Shown: positions 13,480-27,954, numbered from the stretch's first letter. The stretch is DNA of 64,000 bases from Eledone cirrhosa (GCA_964016885.1 OZ024741.1:115816001-115880000), one strand, 5' to 3'. Numbers and translations: made by a program. Notes: generated by a model not told the origin, from the sequence alone.

Positions 13480-16400
13480 TTATTATTATTACTATTATTA
13501 TTATTGTTATTGTTATTCCTTGAATCTCAGTCATTGATGTTGGTTAACTGGAAAGTCCGTTGGATTGAATATCAAGCCACTACCTGCAGCCTCAGATATT
13601 CAGGACGTATCGGAGGGTTCTTGCCGTTCCAAGCAAGCATGCCTTTTGAAGCGTTCCAAAAAGCGTGAAGGGGCCGATTTTCTTTAACCATCCCTGGAAA
13701 CCTTTGGAGATAGTCCCCAGTGCGCCTATGACAATCGGGATCACTTTGACTTCATGGCAGTTCCAAATCCTTTTCACCTCCCACTTTAGGTCCTGGTATC
13801 GGTTAATTTTCTCCCTCTCCTTCTCTTGCACTCTCGTGTCGAACGGGCAGGCCACATCCACAATCAGGCACGATCTTTTTTCTTTGTCCACAACCACCAG
13901 GTCAGGTCTATTGTGTTCCAGTTTTTTGTCCGTCTGTATCCTAAAATCCCACAGCACCTTCACCTGACTGTTCTCCATCACCGCCTCTGGCCTATGCTCA
14001 TACCATTTCTCAGAATGTGGTAGATTGTTTACTTTGCACAGGTGCCAGTGGATCACCCTGCCCATCACATCGTGTCTCCAGCCCTTATAGTGGGTCTGGG
14101 CTAGGTGTTTACACTCGGACACAATGTGAGCCACAGTCTCCTCTCTCTCTCCACAGATCCTGCACAGTGGGCTAGCCTCCTCCTTGTAGATATGGTGCTT
14201 CAACCACTTCGTTTTGAGGGCCTGCTCCTGCGCAGCCATTAGCATTCCTTCTGTAGCCTTTTTGAGGTCTCCTCTTCTCAACCAGTTCCATGTCTGTGGA
14301 TCTCTAAATTCAGTTTTCTCAAAGAAGGTACTATGAAGGGATTTTCCCTTAAGGCTGCTCTTCCTCCTTGATGTTATTTCCTCCTTGGGTATCCCCTGGC
14401 CTACTGTCCCCTCCTTCAGTACAGCTCTGAGCATTGGCTCCTTACTATAGGTCACGTATTTGTATAGGTTGTTTTTCTCCATCTGAACACAGTCCTCTAT
14501 GCTGATAAGACCTCTTCCACCCTCAGATCTCCTTAGGTAGAGTCTATCGACATCACTCCTCTTGTGGAACATGTTGTAGATAGTCAATAGCTTCCTAGTC
14601 TTCCTATCCATTTCTTTTTGTTCAGCAACATTCCATCTCAGAATTCCCGCACTGTACCTAATAATAGACACAGCTCGGGAATTTACTGCGCTTATGGCAT
14701 TTCTGCTGTTCAGATGTGACTCCAATACGCTCCTTACTCTCCGAATGTATTCAGTTCTTAACAATTCCTTCATTTTTTTGTTCTTTATGCCATCAGCCTC
14801 CAGAACGCCCAAATACTTGTATCCTTCCTCAGAGTCAATTTCCTTTATCATCTCACCTGTTGGTGTCTGGATCCCGTTACTTCTGCTCAACCTACCCCTC
14901 CTCATCACAATGACTCCACATTTACCAATACCAAACTGCATACATATATCACTGCTGAAAATACGGACAGTGTCAACAAGCACATCCAACTCCTTCTCAC
15001 TTTTCCCGAAGAGCTTAAGATCGTCCATGAAGAGGAGGGGATTGATGGTAAGCTCTCCCCTTCCCAACTTGTATCCTGCTCTCACTTTTCGCAGCATAAT
15101 GGTCAAGGGCATCAGGGCAAGGACAAACAACAGAGGGGACAGGCTATCTCCCTGGAAGATACCTCTCTTGATCTTCACGCTTCCCAAGGATACTCCAGTT
15201 GATGTCAACTCTGTCTCCCAGGACCCCATACTCCTGCCCAGCAACTGTCTGATGTTATCTGCCACCCTGAAGATCTCCAGGCTTTTGGTGATCCAGGAAT
15301 GAGGCACCATGTCAAATGCCTTTCTGTAGTCTATCCATCCCATGGCAAGATCAGTGTGTCTCCTCCTGCAATTCCCCATTACCATCTTATCAATAAGCAA
15401 CTGGTCCTTTGTACCACGTGACTTCTTTCGGCATCCTTTCTGTTCGTCCGGCAACAAGTTGTTTGTGTGGACGTGATGGTAGATTTCCTCAGACACAATG
15501 CTCGTCAACAGTTTCCACATTACGGGCAGACATGTGATAGGTCTATAGTTGGTAACATCATTACCCTTGATTCGGTCTTTCATTATCAGAACTGTGGTAC
15601 CTTTTGTCAACCACTCTGGCACCTCACCCGACACCAAGCAGTCATTGAACATGGCCGTCAGCTTCGGGTGGAGGGATGTTAAATGTTTAATCCAATACCC
15701 CTGCACACCATCTGGGCCTGGTGATTTCCAGTTGGTTAGTTTTTTGGCTTGCCCCTTAAGAGTTTCAACTGTGATACTCAAATCAGTCTGTTGCTGTGCC
15801 TGCTCACCGATCTCCCTCTGTACTGTCTCAATCCACCCTGCCTGGGCATTGTGTCTAACATCCTGCTCCCATATTCCTCTCCAGAATGTTTTAGCTTGTT
15901 CCGCCCCAGGGATCAAGTCGTTGCCTCTTTCTTTCCCCTGAAGCTGTCCAAACAGCATCTTCTGGTTGTTGTCGAACATGCGGTTCTGTTTATACTGACT
16001 GACTCTGTTCTCGTATCGCCTGATTTTGGCACTCTTTGCTACAATGCGTTGCTTCAATTCCTCTATGATAATATTTAGCTTTTTACTCCTAGTTTTGTAT
16101 TTTATTTCCAGTCTATTTTTAGTGCCTATGTTTTTTAGTGTCCCATTCAGTAGTGACTCAAGCTTCCCTATGTCATTTCTCATTTCCCCGATTTGCCCAC
16201 TCAGTCGCTTCTTCCACCACGGCTCTGCTCTTTCTTGTCTGTTGTTTCCTCTCGCTTTTATACCAAGTAGTTTCCTCACCTTATTTGCTGTTGCTTTGAG
16301 GATATTGTTGCACTGGTGAAGACTCCTCGCCTCAAGGTATGGGATGACTTTGTTTACCTTAGCTGTTGTTTCTTTTAACTTTTTCCTGTCTACAAATCTT

Positions 16401-16982
16401 AGGTTCATAGGTCTCCCACTATCATTGTTCAACTCATCTACCACTAAATTTAGGATGTCAACCGAATCTTGTCCTAGCCCGTCAGCATTCATCTCCTCAG
16501 TGGCCGTATCTCTGTTCCAGGTATTATTTATCTCAGTATTCAGATCATTGTCTGCTTCGGGTGGTTCCTCCGTTCTCAGGACCTCCTCACCTTCATTTCC
16601 AGCCGGCTCGCTTGTCTGGCATACTACACCCGCCATCTCCAAGCCATTCTCTCTGCTCAGTTTCTCCAGTTCCAGTTCGCTTATCCACCCATTAGTTCTT
16701 ATTACCCGAGCCTGCCCGGCCAATTTTTGTTCATCTAATTTAAATAAACCAATCTCGTTCCAGATGTTATGCATCCGTCTCCTGTAGCCCCTCTCCTTGG
16801 GGTTACTTTTCAGGTAGCATTGCATAACAGTTCTATTCAATTCTTTCGTCCAGTTGGTTCTGGCCCCTTTCCTTCTTCTTCTTCCTCCAACATCAGCAGT
16901 ATTTGGTTGACAGTCAGGTTCCTGCTGCTGAGCCAGGGGGCACCTGTTGGGTGAGAGTCTGTCACATGACGTTCTAGTCTCC

Positions 16983-17040
<58 letters not shown>
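13480..17040 (-). mobile_element. Dong-like element including short 3' UTR and (TAA)n target/tail
   Basis: (TTA)n at 13480-13517 and 16985-17040. Dong is known to target TAA repeats. Confidence 0.85.
13592..16984 (-). CDS. Intact 1130-aa ORF of an R4/Dong-clade non-LTR retrotransposon (RT + CCHC finger + restriction-like endonuclease)
   Basis: WKSPGPDG, YRPITCL, EQKG, IFQGDSLSPLLF, FMDD; CRICx8HIVSEC, RHD, RPDLVVVD..IVDV..EKINRY. Flanked by (TAA)n on both sides. Confidence 0.95.
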
Positions 17041-17043
<3 letters not shown>

Positions 17044-17111
17044 ATATTAATATATTATATATATATATGTTATATATATATATATATATTATATATATTA
17101 TATATATATGT

Positions 17112-17147
<36 letters not shown>

Positions 17148-17232
17148 ATATGTTATATATATATATATATATATATGTTATATATATATATATATTATAT
17201 ATATATATATTATATATATTATATATATATGT

Positions 17233-17264
<32 letters not shown>

Positions 17265-17270
17265 ATATGT

Positions 17271-17310
<40 letters not shown>

Positions 17311-17335
17311 ATATATATATTATATACAGATATAT

Positions 17336-17366
<31 letters not shown>

Positions 17367-17474
17367 ATATACATATATATTATATATATTATATAATATA
17401 TATATATATTATATATTTTATATATATATATTATATACATATATATTATATACATATATATTATATATATTATG

Positions 17475-17519
<45 letters not shown>

Positions 17520-17663
17520 ATTATATACATATATATTATATATATATATTATATATATTATATACATATATATTATATATATATATATATTATATATATT
17601 ATATACATATATATATTATATATATTATATACATATATATTATATATAAATATATTATATACA

Positions 17664-17708
<45 letters not shown>

Positions 17709-17920
17709 ATATTATATACATATATATTATATACATATATATTATATATATATTATATACATATATATTATATACATATATATTATAAATATATATATAT
17801 TATATACATATATATTATATACAAATATATTATATATATATATATATATTATATAATATATATATATATATAATATATATTATAATATATATATATATAA
17901 TATATATATATAATATATAT
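17041..17920. repeat. Interrupted (TA)n array
   Basis: Direct reading. Confidence 0.95.
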
Positions 17921-17927
17921 TTAAATA

Positions 17928-18620
17928 TGCGATAGCTAATAAGCTTGAAACTAGTAGACCGTTCCTGTGTCAGTATTGAACGGTGGTAGCCGTGTTGAAC
18001 TGTGTCAGTGGTGACGTGGCAGCCTAAACACTGTACGGCGTAATTCGGGCTGTTTGTTTGTTTAACAAACAAACCGAGCATTTTAATAAATGTTCGGTAA
18101 ACCGATACGTGCATATATATATATGTGTGCATGTATGTATATATATACATACTACTGCACGTCTGTATACATATATGTATATGTACATTTAAGTAAGTGC
18201 CGTACTAAGAGTGAGAAATGAAATTTCGTTTCATTCTATTCCATTTATTGTTTTCGGTGCGCCCAGCCGACTGAACTGACTCGATATGCAAATTAGGCTG
18301 CTCAGCCGTTAATATGCATTAGGAAAGTATATACTTTCACACGTTCAACCATCTGGCAGGAAGGTATACGATGCTGACGAAAGCTAATAAGCTTGAAATT
18401 AGTACATCGTTCCTGTATAGGTGTTGAACAAAAAAGGTGACGTGGTTGCCTAAACACTGTACGGCGTAAATCTGGCTGTTTGTTTGTTTACAAACAAACA
18501 AACCGAGCATTATAATAAATGTTCGGTAAATCGATAAGTGCACGTGTATATGTGTGCATCTATGTATATATATACATACTATTGTACGTCTGTATACATA
18601 TATGTATGTACGTATACATA
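17928..18620 (+). mobile_element. Family R1: ~450-bp tandem non-coding HHR-bearing repeat (retrozyme-like), ~1.5 units
   Basis: GAAACTAGTA at ~17947 recurs at ~18395. The unit contains AAGAGTGAGAAATGAAATTTCG. Other copies at 20410-20930, 45765-46395 and 47620-50280. Confidence 0.8.
18368..18410 (+). ncRNA. Type I hammerhead ribozyme (R1)
   Basis: ACGATG-CTGACGA-AAGC/TAATAA/GCTT-GAAA-TTA-GTA^CATCGT; 6-bp stem I, 4-bp stem II. Confidence 0.85.
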
Positions 18621-18889
18621 CATACATACGTATATATATATGTATATTCGTATATATATATATGTATATATGTATATATATATATATATGTATATGTATA
18701 TATGTATATATGTATGTATACATATAAATACATATATATATATACATATATACATATATATATACATATATATATATATACATATATATATACAAATATA
18801 TATACATATATATATATATACATATATATACATATATATATATATACAAATATATATATATATACATATATATACATATATATATATAC

Positions 18890-18940
<51 letters not shown>

Positions 18941-18943
18941 CAA

Positions 18944-19005
<62 letters not shown>
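18620..19005. repeat. (TA)n array with TACA interruptions
   Basis: Direct reading. Confidence 0.95.
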
Positions 19006-19007
<2 letters not shown>

Positions 19008-19224
19008 TAAACGGAATAGAAAATGCTGACAAATTGTTCACAGTTGAAAAATGGTTTAATTAGGAATAAAAGAGTATTAGTGATTGTATGGGTTAGTATT
19101 CAGTCGTTATTTTAAGTTTTTTAGTTTTTACCGGTTGCGCATTTCTAAATGCTTTTCGAAAATAATTTTGAGATAGAGTGTCCGTGCTGTTTGCTCTGAT
19201 CTGATTACTTTTGGGAATTCTACC

Positions 19225-19441
19225 TGTTTTTATGTTAAAAAAGTGGCTCCAATTTGCAAAAATTCTTGTGGTCAAAACAATTTTGATTGGTCGGTAGAGG
19301 TCATGTGAATGTAAATAATTGATTTTGCGCCAAGACTGTTTTTATGTTAAAAAAGTGGCTCCAGCAAAAATTCTTGTGGTCAAAACAATTTTGATTGGTC
19401 GGTAGAGGTCATGTGAATAAAAAAATTGGTTTTGCGCCAAG
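19225..19441. repeat. ~110-bp tandem duplication
   Basis: TGTTTTTATGTTAAAAAAGTGGCTCC...TTTTGCGCCAAG occurs twice. Confidence 0.85.
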
Positions 19442-19467
19442 ATTGAGAAATGACTCTTTCACAACAA

Positions 19468-19504
<37 letters not shown>

Positions 19505-19861
19505 GCAGAGTAATTCGTGGTGGCAGGGATGGTCAGTAAGAATGTGTCTGAAAGCAATGGGGGGTATTTTAGCATGTCAAAAGATATTTTTCAGCTTTTG
19601 TCTTATACGGAGAAGTGCGTGTGTGTGTGTGTGTGTATATATATAAGTCTCTTTGTATGTTGATGTACGCGTGTGTATGTGTGTGTGTATATATGTGTGT
19701 GTGTGTGTGTGTGGGTGGACCAGTATTTTTTTCCCCCTGGTAAAATGGTGTACATTATTCGATTTTTTCAGTAAAATCGGTTCTCTTAATAGAACATCAA
19801 AAATCTTAACAAAAAAAGGTGTGAAATGATATTCACTATATATATATACACATACATATAT

Positions 19862-19921
<60 letters not shown>

Positions 19922-20059
19922 TACATATATATATGCACATATATTTTTTTGTGTTGCACCATAGAGCATGTGTGTTTACGTATGTCATTGTGTTTATATG
20001 TGGGTAAGATGTGTGCTGATGTAGGTATGTAGGTTGACGTGTGTATGTTGTGGGTTCGT

Positions 20060-20390
20060 CTTAGGGAGAAGTGTTTAGACGGGGTCCGTATTTGTTAATG
20101 AAGTAAGATTCCTTGCTGATGCGCTGGGTGTGGGTGGCATTATCTTTAAATTTGTAGAGGGGAAAGATTCTGAAGTTGGGAGGATTTTGGGCGGCACAGG
20201 TATCAATGTGTTCACTCAGTGGTATTTTCCTGTGTCCCGTATTTTGATTTGGGATCTATGGACAGTCATGCGTTGGGGGAGGCTGATTTTGGTCTGGCCT
20301 ATGTATTGTTCTCGACAACCTGAACAAGTTAATACATATATTAGATTTTCCGATGCACATGTGAAATTGTGTTTTACTATAAAACGTCGT
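20060..20390 (-). pseudogene. Frameshifted GIY-YIG fragment of a non-Naiad PLE
   Basis: FTCASENLIYVLTCSGCREQYIGQTK..LPQRMTVHR, then in another frame SEHIDTC...KESYFINKY..LN. Confidence 0.85.
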
Positions 20391-20457
20391 GTGTATACGT
20401 ACATACATATATTTAGCGTCCGCTAAACTGATACGTGCATATATGAATGTGTACCTG

Positions 20458-20495
<38 letters not shown>

Positions 20496-20731
20496 TGCTA
20501 CTGTACGTCTGTATACATATATGCATGTACGTATACACACATACTTTCATTTAAGTAAGTGCCGTATTAAGAGTGAGAAATGAAATTTCGTTTTCATTTT
20601 ATTTCAACTTATCGTTTTCGGTATGCCTGACCTACTTGACTCACTCGATATGCTAATTAGGCTGCTCAGCCGTTAATTTTCATAAGGAAAGTATATACTT
20701 TCGAACGTTCAACTATCTGGCAGAAGGGTAT

Positions 20732-20774
20732 ACGGTGCTGATGATAGCTAACACGATTGAAACTAGTACATCGT
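20732..20774 (+). ncRNA. Type I HHR (R1 copy within 20410-20930)
   Basis: ACGGTG-CTGATGA...GAAACTAGTA^CATCGT. Stem II is weak in this copy. Confidence 0.7.
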
Positions 20775-20926
20775 TCCTGTGTCAGTGTTGAACAAAAAGG
20801 TGACGTGGTTGCCTTAACACCATACGGCATAACTATTCAGGCTGTTCAGTTTGTTTACAAACGAACAAAGCGGCGTTATAATAAGCGTCCGCTAAACTGA
20901 TACGTGCATATATGTATGTGTACCTG

Positions 20927-20963
<37 letters not shown>

Positions 20964-20967
<4 letters not shown>

Positions 20968-21129
20968 TTAATATAGATGAGATTCTACAGGACTAGAACT
21001 GTTTCATTCATTAGAAATCATCAGGAATCTGGGTATCAAAAAATAAATATTTTTTGATACCCAGATTCCTGATGATTTCTAATGAATGAAACAGTTCTAG
21101 TCCTGTAGAATCTCATCTATATTAAAACT
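20964..21129. repeat. Perfect 82-bp-arm inverted repeat with a 2-nt spacer
   Basis: 20964-21045 is the reverse complement of 21048-21129. Confidence 0.95.
21063..21113 (+). ncRNA. Type I HHR (mirror copy on - strand at 20980-21030)
   Basis: AGATTC-CTGATGA-TTTC/TAAT/GAAT-GAAACAG/TTCTAGTC/CTGTA^GAATCT. Confidence 0.85.
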
Positions 21130-21274
21130 GTTATACTCTGCTATGTATTGAGTACCTTACTTACTGTGGTTACCTCCGATTCAACCCGGAATAACGTATA
21201 TATATATATATATATATATGTGCATGCTACTGTACGTCTGTATACATATATGTATGTACGTATACACGCATACT

Positions 21275-22104
<830 letters not shown>

Positions 22105-22205
22105 AAACGAAGTAATTCCGTCGGAAAAGTCCAGCAAAAAAGAGTGCTCTATGTAAGCAACAGAGCTTAATTATTATTATGTAATAAACAACATAAGGCA
22201 ATTAT

Positions 22206-22263
22206 TCCATTTACCAGTGGTTTCTTAAAAGCAAAAGGTTTTGCTTTCAATCCTCAGAACGAA
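22206..22263 (-). ncRNA. Type I HHR in 3' pLTR of the Naiad element
   Basis: TTCGTT-CTGAGGA-TTGAAAGCAAAA/CC/TTTTGCTTTTAA-GAAACCACTGGTA^AATGGA. Confidence 0.85.
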
Positions 22264-22397
22264 AAAATCCTGGTTTGTTTATTGAATTTGGATCTTAAAA
22301 ACAAAAAAGCAAGCTATATGAAAGTGAGGCTGGAGAAGGAAGAAGGAAAGGAAAAAATAAAAACAAAATAAGACTACCCATACAACCACACATACAC

Positions 22398-22439
<42 letters not shown>

Positions 22440-22890
22440 ACGCACACGCACACGCACGCATGTGTATGCGCGCACGCACGCACGCGTATACAAATATAAA
22501 TATATTTCCCCCATACACATGTGTGTGCGTGCATGCGCGCATACGCGCAGGGTATGTTCTGTTGAAAGTGTCTCGTTAATTTATGGCTACAGTTGTATAG
22601 ATTACACTTAGAAATTGTCCACAGAATTCCCTAAACCTTGGTCAATATACTAGAAACTTTAAGAATTTAGCTTTTAAGGAATCTCCCCTTCCTCCAAACC
22701 TATCTACCATGACTGACCCCATACTGATCTTACAGACACCTGTAAGCTAAAGGGAAAGCCAATGATAAGGATTGGCTCCAATCTGAATACAGAAATCTGT
22801 CTGGCTTTGTTCCTCTAAGAACAAACATATACAAACATTCATACATACACACACACACACACAAACATATCTACACACACACACGCATAA

Positions 22891-22923
<33 letters not shown>

Positions 22924-23337
22924 TACACACACACATACACACACACACATGCATATATACACACACATATACACACACACAAAAGCACATATACATACGC
23001 ACGAAATAGTCAACGCATTCACACACTCTCACACATAAAAAAATTTTTCAAATACAAATACATAACCGCATACATACGCATACATGCATAACCACGCACA
23101 AGTGTACAATCTATACACACACACACATGTGTATACAACTATATGGACACACACACATATATGCATACACAAGCACACATATAATTACATAAATACAAAC
23201 GTACACACACACATATATATATATACACACACGTACACATACACACACATATACATACATAGCTAAACAATTATACACATACAAATACGTATATATCATA
23301 AACACGCACAACAGAACACAAACACACACACACACAG

Positions 23338-23368
<31 letters not shown>

Positions 23369-23449
23369 CACATATATACAATTATCAATATATACACACG
23401 CACATATGTACACACACACATATATACACACACACACACATATATACAT

Positions 23450-23508
<59 letters not shown>

Positions 23509-23685
23509 TACATATACATGCATATACACATATACACACATACACAACCACGCCCACACACATGCATACGCATACACACACGTATCTCCGTGTGTGTATG
23601 TAAAACTCAATCTTAGATAAACCATAAGGACCTTACATAACCGTATATATATTAGTAAAGTATTAAAGCAACATAAGGCAATTAT

Positions 23686-23743
23686 TCCATTTACCAAGGG
23701 TTTCTTAAAAGCAAAAAAATTTTTCCTACAATCTTCAGGATGA
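23686..23743 (-). ncRNA. Diverged second HHR in the same 3' UTR
   Basis: TCATC-CTGAAGA-TTGTAGGAAAAA..TTTTGCTTTTAA-GAAACCCTTGGTA^AATGG; mismatches in stems I and II. Confidence 0.6.
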
Positions 23744-23842
23744 GAGAAACCTGGCTTATCCACACATACACATATATACACACACAAACAAATACATACA
23801 TATATAAATACATACACACAGGCACGCACACACATACGTATC

Positions 23843-23908
<66 letters not shown>

Positions 23909-23932
23909 CATACACACATACACACACATATC

Positions 23933-23980
<48 letters not shown>

Positions 23981-24185
23981 CATACACACAATATACACAC
24001 ACATACACATAGGTATGTGGAGGGCAAGCCAAAAAGAATATATGTGGGTGCCGCATAGGAGAAGGTAAAATATAAGGGGAGGTAAGGGAGAAAAAAATAT
24101 ATAATAAATGTAGGTATACAAGAGTACAGAACGTAGAAACAGTAAAATAAAAACCGTAGCAGAAGTAAAGAGCGGGAGAAGGAGT

Positions 24186-26315
24186 TCAAGGTGGTTGATT
24201 TCTCATAGGAGTGTCAATCCAGTTACAGATCAGGTGCGGTCTCAGATGAGGACAGCATCTGAAGATATCAGTCTTTGAATTAAGGCAAGCGGAAGTGTCT
24301 CTCAAGTTTAGCAAAATCCTATACTTTTCTGTGGTACACAAAGAACAATTCTTTGTGCCCCTTTGGTACTCCCTCGAATGGTCTAATATAGACCAATCAA
24401 TAGAGTACGGGATGTTACTATCCTTGAGTTCCCACACCTTACTTGCGAGGGCCGTTGATGTTCGTTTATCGGAGTGCTTAAAAGAAGCAACATGTGAGTA
24501 AAATCTGGTTTTAAACCTGTCCTGGGTCATACCGACATATCGCTCACTCCTGGCTGGCTGGTTGTTGATTACTGGTGTTATCGTAGCCTCATAAACGACA
24601 GATTTAGTGTTACATCTACCCTGCAATGGGCATTCGTCCGGCTTCCTGCAACTGCATCCTGGATTTATTCTCGTCCGGTTTGAGCTGGTGATTTTGGACT
24701 TCATAGATGGGCAACAAGAGTAGCTGATCTTGACTACGTTCCTATTAAATATCTTATAGTATATATGATTAGGAGGAAAATGTTTGTCTAATAGTTCAAG
24801 GAATTTCCTTCCTATATTAGTTTTGACAGTTAGAGAGAAGGGGGTGTGAACCAAATAATCCTCCTTTTCCTTTTATTGTGGTTAGTTTTAGGGGGGGGTA
24901 GGTAAATAAGAAATTGTTTCTGTAAAACCGCTGTTCTTAAGGGCTTTATTATAATAAGGGGCGGCTTTATTAAAAATGTCTATAGACGAAGATAAGGTAG
25001 AAATCCTACGGCTAATGTTAGGAATAAGATTATTAAAAACTATAGGGGGATGGCAAGACTCTTTGTGTATATACCTAAGATTTTCGTTAGGTTTATGGTA
25101 GGGTTTAAAAGAGGCAGTAAGTAAATCAAGATTAATATCAAGAAAGTTAGCATTAGTAAGGTTCGTATCTATAGTAATTTTATGGTTAAGATTAGCAAAA
25201 GTATTGATTAAATCTTTACGGAATTTATCAAGGTCATGGCCGTTGGTGGTATGAGAAACTGCTAATCCGTCATCACGGTATAAACCGATATTATGGGACG
25301 GACATTTCTCTTTGAGGGTGTGGAGAAGGAACAATCCAACTAAGTCACACACATCCGCACTGTCATATGAACCCATTGCGACATCAAAAGAGTTTTCAGG
25401 GTTTGACTTTTTAACCCAAATATTATCATTAGTAAAAAGTAAAGTTTTTCTAGCATGGAGGATAATGTCTTCTTCTAATTTAGAAATATTAATGGAGGGT
25501 CTTGCAAAATCTAAGGCCTTAGTTAATAAGGAAACAGTAATAGAATGGTAAAAATCGACAATATCAAACTGGGTAAATCTACACTTATTTTTACCTTGTA
25601 TATTATTGAACCAAGAAATAACAGAGGAAGTATTTAGCCACTGTGATAGGTCAGTGTTAGTTCTGATTTGGAGAATTATTTTTCTTAAGATATTCTTACT
25701 TACAAGGCCAACCTCGGATTTAGCCGGGTTAATCAATCTACAACTAGGTCGATTAGTAAAGTCCAATTTATGGTCTTTAAGGGTAATATATGCTTTACGC
25801 TTAGCTAAGCTTTCAATCCGGTTATCTATTTGTAAAGAACTAGCTAGTTCTTTAGCTTCTTTATTGATAGTATTGTAGGTATTATTATTAGTTAATTGAT
25901 ATTTATTGGTAATACTATTAGTTAAAAGTTGGTTATACAAAGTACTATTAACTTCAAAGAGGTTTTTAGTTTTATCAGAAAGAACGAAAGTGTTTGTAGA
26001 ATTTCTAAAATTAGAAATATCGTTAGAAAGTTTGGTTTGAAAGTTATTATTGTACTTACGAAACTTGATATCATTAATTAGATTAACGAGGTCTAATTCG
26101 AAGATGGCCATGTCTTTAATTCTAGGTGGATATTTACGAGATTTGCTGTCAAAACAATCTTTAGTATCAGCCCTGAATAGTCCGTCGTAAACCATTGCCT
26201 TCCATCTCATTCTTTTAACGACTTGTTCGATTTTGTCTATGAGAATTTTGGTGTAAGTCGTGTTGGAAGGAGTGGGTATATTTTTGATTGAATAATCCAA
26301 ATCATAAAGGTCCAT
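24186..26315 (-). CDS. Naiad RT + GIY-YIG (~710 aa); the two track ORFs share one frame and are split by compensating homopolymer indels
   Basis: [56 protein letters not shown]. The shifted frame at 24845-24895 reads [16 protein letters not shown]. Confidence 0.9.
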
Positions 26316-26629
26316 GGTGTATGTTGGTTAAATTCCTGAAAACTGTAGAGTGCTCAACTAATCGGGCTGGAAAGTGCCAATCATATAAGTAATATAGAAT
26401 ATGCTACAGTCAATCCCGGTTGGAGCTGTATAAATGAAGTAATTCCGTCGGAAAAGTCCAGGAAAAAAGAGTGCTCTATATAAGCAACAGAGCTTAATTA
26501 TTATTATGTAATAAACAACATAAGGCAATTATTCCATTTACCAGTGGTTTCTTCCTTCTCCAGCCTCACTTTCATATAGCTTTCTTTTTTGTTTTTAAGA
26601 TCCAAATTCAATAAACAAACCAGGATTTT

Positions 26630-26687
26630 TTCGTTCTGAGGATTGAAAGCAAAACCTTTTGCTTTTAAGAAACCACTGGTAAATGGA
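26630..26687 (+). ncRNA. Type I HHR in inverted 5' pLTR segment
   Basis: Reverse complement of 22206-22263. Confidence 0.85.
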
Positions 26688-26719
26688 ATAATTGCCGTAT
26701 GTTGTTTATTACATAATAA

Positions 26720-26738
26720 TATATATATATATATATAT

Positions 26739-26802
<64 letters not shown>

Positions 26803-26929
26803 TATATACATGTATATATATATACATATATATATGTATACATACATATATATATATGTATATATATATACATATATATATACATGTATATATATATACA
26901 TATATATATACATCTATATATATATATAC

Positions 26930-26986
<57 letters not shown>

Positions 26987-26987
26987 C

Positions 26988-27037
<50 letters not shown>

Positions 27038-27038
27038 C

Positions 27039-27071
<33 letters not shown>

Positions 27072-27166
27072 GATATATATATACATATACATATATATAC
27101 ATATATATATACATGTATATATATATATACATATATATATATGTATACATATATATATACATATAC

Positions 27167-27197
<31 letters not shown>

Positions 27198-27222
27198 CAT
27201 ATATATACATATATATATATAC

Positions 27223-27253
<31 letters not shown>

Positions 27254-27264
27254 CATATATATAC

Positions 27265-27298
<34 letters not shown>
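26720..27298. repeat. (TA)n/TACA array
   Basis: Direct reading. Confidence 0.95.
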
Positions 27299-27611
27299 CA
27301 TAAAACATGTCTATAGAATCACCAGATAAAATATATACCGTTTCCTCTCCCAATTAGCATAATTAACCATATGAAATATCAATTAGACCAAGCTATAAGA
27401 ATAAAAGCTCCTATGAAGAAATCTCCGACAAATAACCGAATGATATATAGCTCTGATTATTTAATTAATTAACTCTTCATTGAGCCACAAAGTGACCCGT
27501 TGCAAAACACACACACATATATATATATATATATGTAAACCTTTATATGTACATATATATATATATATATATATACATATCTATATATATACATATATAT
27601 ATATACATATA

Positions 27612-27872
27612 TCAATCTATCTATCTATCTAAGGCGGGTAGAGTTCTCTCCAGCGGTCTCTGTCCCTCATTATCGCTGCCATATCCTGCATCTCCAGCAG
27701 ACCAGTGTCTGTCCTTAGGGCATCAACATATGTTAACCTTGGTCTTCCTCTTCTAGTGTGTCCATGTAGGGGCTCCCAAAGGACCACTGAGTGCAATGTC
27801 AACTCTGGATGCTGGTGAGCATGTCCAGCTAACCTCAGTCTTCTCTGTGTCACTTTTGAGCTGACTTTTGGG
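27612..27872 (-). mobile_element. 3' end of an RTE-group LINE with (TAGA)n tail
   Basis: [14 protein letters not shown]...[17 protein letters not shown]...MRDRDRWR is typical of the RTE C-terminus; (TCTA)n at 27616-27630. Confidence 0.85.
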
Positions 27873-27882
27873 ATATACATAC

Positions 27883-27939
<57 letters not shown>

Positions 27940-27954
27940 TTGGGATATACATAC

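Larger units (their letters stand above)
22106..26722 (-). mobile_element. Apparently full-length Naiad-type PLE with 3' pseudo-LTR, partial direct 5' pLTR and inverted pLTR segment, between (TA)n arrays
   Basis: 26432-26551 is a direct repeat of 22106-22225, and 26552-26722 is an inverted copy of ~22167-22340. The RT/GIY-YIG ORF lies between them. Confidence 0.92.

Noticed and set aside
13665-16954. + strand ORFs overlapping the Dong element
   Set aside because: Antisense shadows of the RT ORF.
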